Assembly (NCBI GenBank): GCA_027310605.1
Contig: DAIDAN010000001.1
Span: forward strand, 1-29,146
Reading direction: 5' to 3'
Origin: Candidatus Aenigmatarchaeota archaeon
GTDB taxonomy: Archaea > Aenigmatarchaeota > Aenigmatarchaeia > Aenigmatarchaeales > DAIDAN01
Length of the DNA stretch: 29,146 nt
The notes under the pieces are model-generated. The model did no database searches. It was given only the letters and a program-made list of their open reading frames with translations, and was not told the origin of the DNA. Both the position numbers and the translations under genes were made by a program. Shown piece after piece: positions 24,901 to 29,146 of this stretch; within the stretch, counting starts at the first letter, position 1, and each line of letters opens with the position of its first letter.

Positions 24901-24970
24901 TACGAATCAGCAGCAGGAGCGCCGGCAACATTACGGCTTGATTTGTAGGAACGCCGGCATTACGAATCAG
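24901..24970 (+). repeat. Dispersed repeat family B, copy 3 with internal partial tandem duplication
   Basis: TACGAATCAG at 24901 and 24961; AGGAGCGCCGGCA and AGGAACGCCGGCA; 24929-24954 is 25/26 identical to 4951-4976. Confidence 0.75.
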
Positions 24971-25058
24971 TTTTAGGTTACGCTGATCATAGCGTTCATA
25001 TCGAGCGGCTCCAACAGTCGTTCTGATTTTCTGGATTCATATAGCAATAAAAATATTC

Positions 25059-26003
25059 TCACTCCTTTATCTCAACAGAATCTATCACGCCGTCGGAGTC
25101 CGAGTCAATCCCTTCAACGACTTTTGCAATAACCTTCGGATTGTGCGCGTTGCCCGAGCACACCTCATCGAGCCTGTTCATGATGGCAAGTATCGCGGAT
25201 TTCGTGCCTTGGCTTCTCTTTCCCGCTATAACCATGATATGCTTGTCCGCGACAAATGGGCTTTTCATTTTTACGATTATGCCGTTCTCGTCCTCGCCGT
25301 AAGTTTTTCTGGAAAGCGAGGAAAAGATGTCCGTGTAGAAGCCTTTTCTTTTCAAGTCCTCCTTGAATTTTATCGGCAATTTTTCGTTTATTTGCGCAGC
25401 AAGCCTGTTTACGCCTGGACCGCCGATAATAATCAGGTTCTGTTTGAGGTCGTCTTTTGCAATTTCCGTGTCAAGCTTTACCGAGGCAGAGGGCGCATAG
25501 TTAAGGAAGCTTCCGAGAAAAACCCCGAGATTGATTCCGTAAGGCGCGTCCTTAGCCCTCGCCTTTGTCGGGCCGTGCGGGTCAAGCGAGCCGACGACTA
25601 TGGTGGCGTTCAGGTTGCCCTTGCTGATGAACGGATGCAAAAAACCATGATGCTCGTCATTTATCTGCGACAGCTTCTGCGACTCTTCCATGTCCTTGAG
25701 CACCAGCGCGAACGCGGGCTCGTTTATGTCATATATCTTCGCGGTTACTCCGTACATGCTTTCCGTCTTGGCAACCCTTACCAGCCCGGACTTCTCAAGG
25801 TTTCTTATGTGGTAATAAACTTTCTGCTCGTGAACCTTCAGCCTTTTTCCTATCTCCTTCGGATACGAGGGCTTTTCTGAAACGGATAGCAGTATCCTCC
25901 AGGCGAGCGGGGAGAGCGCAGCCCTTGCCTGGCGCGGCTCGATAAATCTCGCGGGCAGGCTGAAGGTTTTTCCGTCCCTCTGCTCCACAATCCATCTTGA
26001 CAT
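25059..26003 (-). CDS. Winged HTH (ArsR/Lrp-like) regulator fused to an S-layer-like C-terminal domain
   Basis: RILLSVSEKPSYPKEIGKRLKVHEQKVYYHIRNLEKSGLV; NLIIIGGPGVNRL motif typical of archaeal S-layer-type domains; IAGKRSQGT. Confidence 0.8.
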   Translation of the reverse strand: MSRWIVEQRDGKTFSLPARFIEPRQARAALSPLAWRILLSVSEKPSYPKEIGKRLKVHEQKVYYHIRNLEKSGLVRVAKTESMYGVTAKIYDINEPAFALVLKDMEESQKLSQINDEHHGFLHPFISKGNLNATIVVGSLDPHGPTKARAKDAPYGINLGVFLGSFLNYAPSASVKLDTEIAKDDLKQNLIIIGGPGVNRLAAQINEKLPIKFKEDLKRKGFYTDIFSSLSRKTYGEDENGIIVKMKSPFVADKHIMVIAGKRSQGTKSAILAIMNRLDEVCSGNAHNPKVIAKVVEGIDSDSDGVIDSVEIKE

Positions 26004-26261
26004 TTGACAAACACCAGAATGATATTAAAAATATTGTTTTATTAGTGTTATAATAAGAACCATAAGCATATAAAGCTTTCTATAACCTAAAGAAAAATTT
26101 TTTAGCAAGCATTATAAGGCGGTTTCTGCAAAAAGAATTTTACATAATTGGCTTTGGCGTAAAACCGGATTATTCGCAACGGGAACTTCGAAAGAATTAT
26201 GCAGAGAAGCGGGCAGAAAAATCTGGAGGCTTGCTTCTATAGTTTTATCGGGGCGAAAAAT

Positions 26262-28028
26262 ATGTGCGGCATTATAGGTTATAGTGGAAATCGAGAAGCT
26301 GCCCCCATACTTTTCAGCGGCTTGAAAAATCTCGAATACCGCGGCTATGACTCCTGCGGAATCGCCACCGTCCACGGGAATGCGCTGCACCTGAAAAAAG
26401 ATGCGGGAAAGATTGACGAGGTCCACAAAAAACTTTCGCTGGATGCGCTGCCTGGGAAATGCGGCATAGCGCACACGAGATGGGCGACTCACGGCTCTGT
26501 TACCAAGGAGAACGCGCATCCGCACTTGTCAAGCAGCGGAAAGATAGCTGTCGTGCACAACGGCATAATAGAAAACTTCCAGAAACAAAAGGATTTCCTG
26601 ACAAGCAAAGGGTTTGTTTTCAATTCCGACACGGACACGGAAGTGATTCCGAATATGATGGAATACCATATGAAAAAAGGCTATGATTTCATCGAGGCAG
26701 CGAAGCGCTCGCTGAAGCACATGGAAGGGCAGTATGCGATTGTTGCGGTGAACGACGAGGGCAGGATGGTTGCGGCGAGGAAGGAGGCGCCGCTCGTTGT
26801 AGGCGTTGGTAACGGAGAATATTTTTTCGCCTCTGATGTCACAGCTTTTCTTGAGCACACGAAGAACGCGATTTTCCTCGAGGAGAACGACCTTGCCGCG
26901 ATAGACGGCGGATTAAAAATCTTTAACTTGGATAAGAATGAATTTGTCGAAAGACCCGTCTCGAAAATACAGTGGGATGCGGAGCAGGCGAGGAAGGGGA
27001 ACTTCGACCATTTCTTCCTGAAGGAGATAATGGAGCAGGCGGAAGTGATAGAAAGAATATCGAAAATGGATATGAAAATCATAAAGGAAATTGCCGCCGA
27101 GATAAGAAAGGCGAAAGGGATTTTCATAGTCGCCTGCGGGACAGCGTCTTATGCATGCATGACTGGCTTGTATTTGTTTTCAAAGATTGCGAAGACGCAC
27201 ATAAACTTCTGCCTTGCCTCGGAATTCCGGCACTTCAAGCATTTTCTTTCCGACAAGAGCCTTATAATTTCGGTTTCGCAGAGCGGAGAAACAGCGGACA
27301 CATTGTCGGCTATACGCGCGGCAAAGTCGATGGGCGCGAAAGTGATTTCGATAACGAACTCGGAAGGCTCCTCGCTTGCAAGGGAGTCGGACAGGGCGAT
27401 TGTGCACCGCGCAGGGCCGGAGATAGCGGTAAACGCCACGAAGACCTACACTTCGCAGCTTGCGGTGCTTTCGCTGCTCGCCTACGAGCTGGACAACAGG
27501 CTCGATGATGGTTTGGAAGAGCTAAGGGATGCGTCGCGATATATTTACTATCTCACATCCGACAACGCGAGAAAATTCGTGAAGGGGCTGGCGGAAATAT
27601 TGAAGGACAAGGAGCATCTTTACCTTATCGGAAAGGGTTTGCAGTATCCCACTGCGCTCGAGGCTGCGCTCAAGATAAAGGAAATTTCTTACATCCACGC
27701 GGAGGCTTTCGCTGCCGGAGAATTGAAGCACGGCACGCTTGCGCTCGTTTCCGAGGGCACGCCTTGCATCGCCTTCACCTCCGAGGAAACGGAATCGGAG
27801 ATGTTGAACAGCATAATGGAGGTCAAGGCAAGAGGCGCGTTCGTGATAGGGATCGGCCCGAAAAGGAGCAGGGCATTTGACTTTTTCATAAAGGTTCACG
27901 AGGCCGGGGACTTCAACCCTATCGTTCAGATAATCCCGATGCAGATACTGGCGTACCAGCTCGCGCTCCTGCGCGGCTGCGACCCGGACAAGCCGCGGAA
28001 TCTCGCGAAGAGCGTGGTGGTGAAATAA
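26262..28028 (+). CDS. glmS: Glutamine--fructose-6-phosphate aminotransferase (isomerizing)
   Basis: MCGIIG, LEYRGYDS, AHTRWATHG, NAHPH, HNGIIEN, DTDTEV, SQSGETADT, LKIKEISY, ELKHG, DKPRNLAKSV. Confidence 0.98.
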   Translation: MCGIIGYSGNREAAPILFSGLKNLEYRGYDSCGIATVHGNALHLKKDAGKIDEVHKKLSLDALPGKCGIAHTRWATHGSVTKENAHPHLSSSGKIAVVHNGIIENFQKQKDFLTSKGFVFNSDTDTEVIPNMMEYHMKKGYDFIEAAKRSLKHMEGQYAIVAVNDEGRMVAARKEAPLVVGVGNGEYFFASDVTAFLEHTKNAIFLEENDLAAIDGGLKIFNLDKNEFVERPVSKIQWDAEQARKGNFDHFFLKEIMEQAEVIERISKMDMKIIKEIAAEIRKAKGIFIVACGTASYACMTGLYLFSKIAKTHINFCLASEFRHFKHFLSDKSLIISVSQSGETADTLSAIRAAKSMGAKVISITNSEGSSLARESDRAIVHRAGPEIAVNATKTYTSQLAVLSLLAYELDNRLDDGLEELRDASRYIYYLTSDNARKFVKGLAEILKDKEHLYLIGKGLQYPTALEAALKIKEISYIHAEAFAAGELKHGTLALVSEGTPCIAFTSEETESEMLNSIMEVKARGAFVIGIGPKRSRAFDFFIKVHEAGDFNPIVQIIPMQILAYQLALLRGCDPDKPRNLAKSVVVK

Positions 28029-28121
28029 AAAACAGTTTTCCTAAAATAAAATTACATAGAAATCTTGTTCTTCACAAATTGCGGATATTTAAGCTATTCT
28101 GGTACAAAATATTTGTAGCAT

Positions 28122-28331
28122 AGCCCCGTGGTCTAGCGGCCAAGGTTGAGGCGGTGACTTTCATGCGCAAGTTTGCATAAGTTGTCCGCGTCACCACCGA
28201 AAGGATGGCGGGCTTTGGCGTCTGCTAAAGCAAAGACGGATTTATTTTTTTAAAAGAAAATATTTCCGGATGACGAAGACACCCGCAGACGGCAGAAACA
28301 TTGCCGATTTCGAATCTGCCCGGGGCTACCA
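28122..28331 (+). tRNA. tRNA-Gln(TTG) with three introns: D-loop (~28143-28201), 37/38 (28219-28280), 53/54 (28296-28308); encoded CCA
   Basis: A1-U72 acceptor AGCCCCG/CGGGGCT-A-CCA; GCGGG-CT-TTG-G|A-CCCGC; GGCAG|TTCGAAT-CTGCC. BHB central helices CTTT/GAAG and CGGC/GCCG fully paired; intron 1 junction lies within a duplicated AAGG and has 3 of 4 pairs. Confidence 0.92.
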
Positions 28332-28364
28332 TTTTTTAAATCAAAAAACAAACGAGGCGATTTT

Positions 28365-28802
28365 ATGGTTGACAAGAAAACAGGCGTCGGAGTCGGAATA
28401 TTGATTTTGAAAAACGGAAAAATACTTTTGGGAAAAAGGCACGACGACCCGGAGAAGGCATCAAGCCTGATGCATGGCGAGGGAACTTGGACAATGCCTG
28501 GCGGAAAATTCCATTTCGATGAACTTCTGCATGAATCTGCGGCGCGCGAAGTCCTGGAAGAGACGGGAATAAAAATAAGAAACCCGAAAGTCATAAGCAT
28601 CTCGAACGACATCGTGACAGACGCGCATTTTGTCACCGTGGGATTTCTTGTCACGGAGTTTGAGGGCGAGCCGAAAACGATGGAACCGGACGAGATAGCG
28701 GAATGGAAATGGTTTTCGCTTGACAACCTTCCGGCGAAACTTTTTCCTCCGAGCAAAAAAGTTTTGGAGAATTACAAGGATAAGATAATCTACAGATTAT
28801 GA
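28365..28802 (+). CDS. Nudix hydrolase (MutT/NUDT15-like)
   Basis: Nudix box PGGK...DE....AAREVLEETGI; GVGVGILI, HFVTVGF, EPDEIAEWKWF. Confidence 0.92.
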   Translation: MVDKKTGVGVGILILKNGKILLGKRHDDPEKASSLMHGEGTWTMPGGKFHFDELLHESAAREVLEETGIKIRNPKVISISNDIVTDAHFVTVGFLVTEFEGEPKTMEPDEIAEWKWFSLDNLPAKLFPPSKKVLENYKDKIIYRL

Positions 28803-29066
28803 TAGAAATCTGGCGAAGCTATAAACGCTTAAATAGTTTGTTTACGAAATGAGAAAAGCGCAATAAAACCATTCGTATCTGATTTCAATATTTTTGGATA
28901 AATAATGGTTTTTGGAAAAAATAAGTAAAACAAGAATCTAATAATAATGAAAGAATAAATTTTCAAGAAAATGTTTTCATGTTAAACAGTTTTTCAATAA
29001 ATAAATCATGTATGCGGAAAACACTGCGTAATTTGAAAAATATATTGCAATAAAGAGGTCCTGATT

Positions 29067-29146
29067 ATGGGAGAATTCGGGGGAAGGGAGCTGAAAAAGA
29101 GAAGGCAGAAGCTGCGGTGGAAGGACATCCACTACCAGAACCGTGT
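29067..29146 (+). CDS. rps12: 30S ribosomal protein S12 (uS12), 5' fragment running off the window
   Basis: MGEF..RELKKRRQKLRWKDIHYQNRV matches the archaeal uS12 N-terminal pattern GEFAGRKL..KR.KFRW.D..Y..R; GAGG SD-like sequence upstream. Confidence 0.8.
   Translation, partial: MGEFGGRELKKRRQKLRWKDIHYQNR

Noticed and set aside
1-29146. Transposase, integrase or RAYT that could mobilise family A
   Set aside because: No ORF in the window shows HUH/Y1, DDE or tyrosine-recombinase motifs; DUF429 is only a predicted RNase H-fold protein and nothing links it to the repeats.

Overview
Archaeal genomic window. The eIF6, prefoldin alpha, archaeal SRP54/FtsY, MCM, Nre, Trm1, TrmI and uS12 genes, together with multi-intron tRNAs, suggest a DPANN-type lineage (inference). 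Housekeeping genes are interspersed with AT-rich islets. Three intron- or insertion-bearing tRNA genes were reconstructed by hand: tRNA-Pro(TGG) with three introns, tRNA-Gln(TTG) with three introns, and a tRNA with a Ser-type body but a GCG (Arg) anticodon. The main finding is a family of 49-57 nt multi-hairpin elements (N-GCACG...CGGC-n2-3-GCCG...CGTGC-N) with six copies. They sit in a tRNA T-stem, a tRNA intron, in-frame inside an HD-domain gene, in intergenic DNA, and nested inside another copy, with no target-site duplication. Other observations: a second dispersed repeat family, a synonymously diverged duplication of a gene C-terminus, a 15-bp inverted-repeat element, a gingipain(C25)-like protein with permuted domain order and no recognisable catalytic residues, and a bacterial-type MetRS. 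No transposase, integrase or CRISPR array is visible. All family calls are by motif recognition only; no searches were run.
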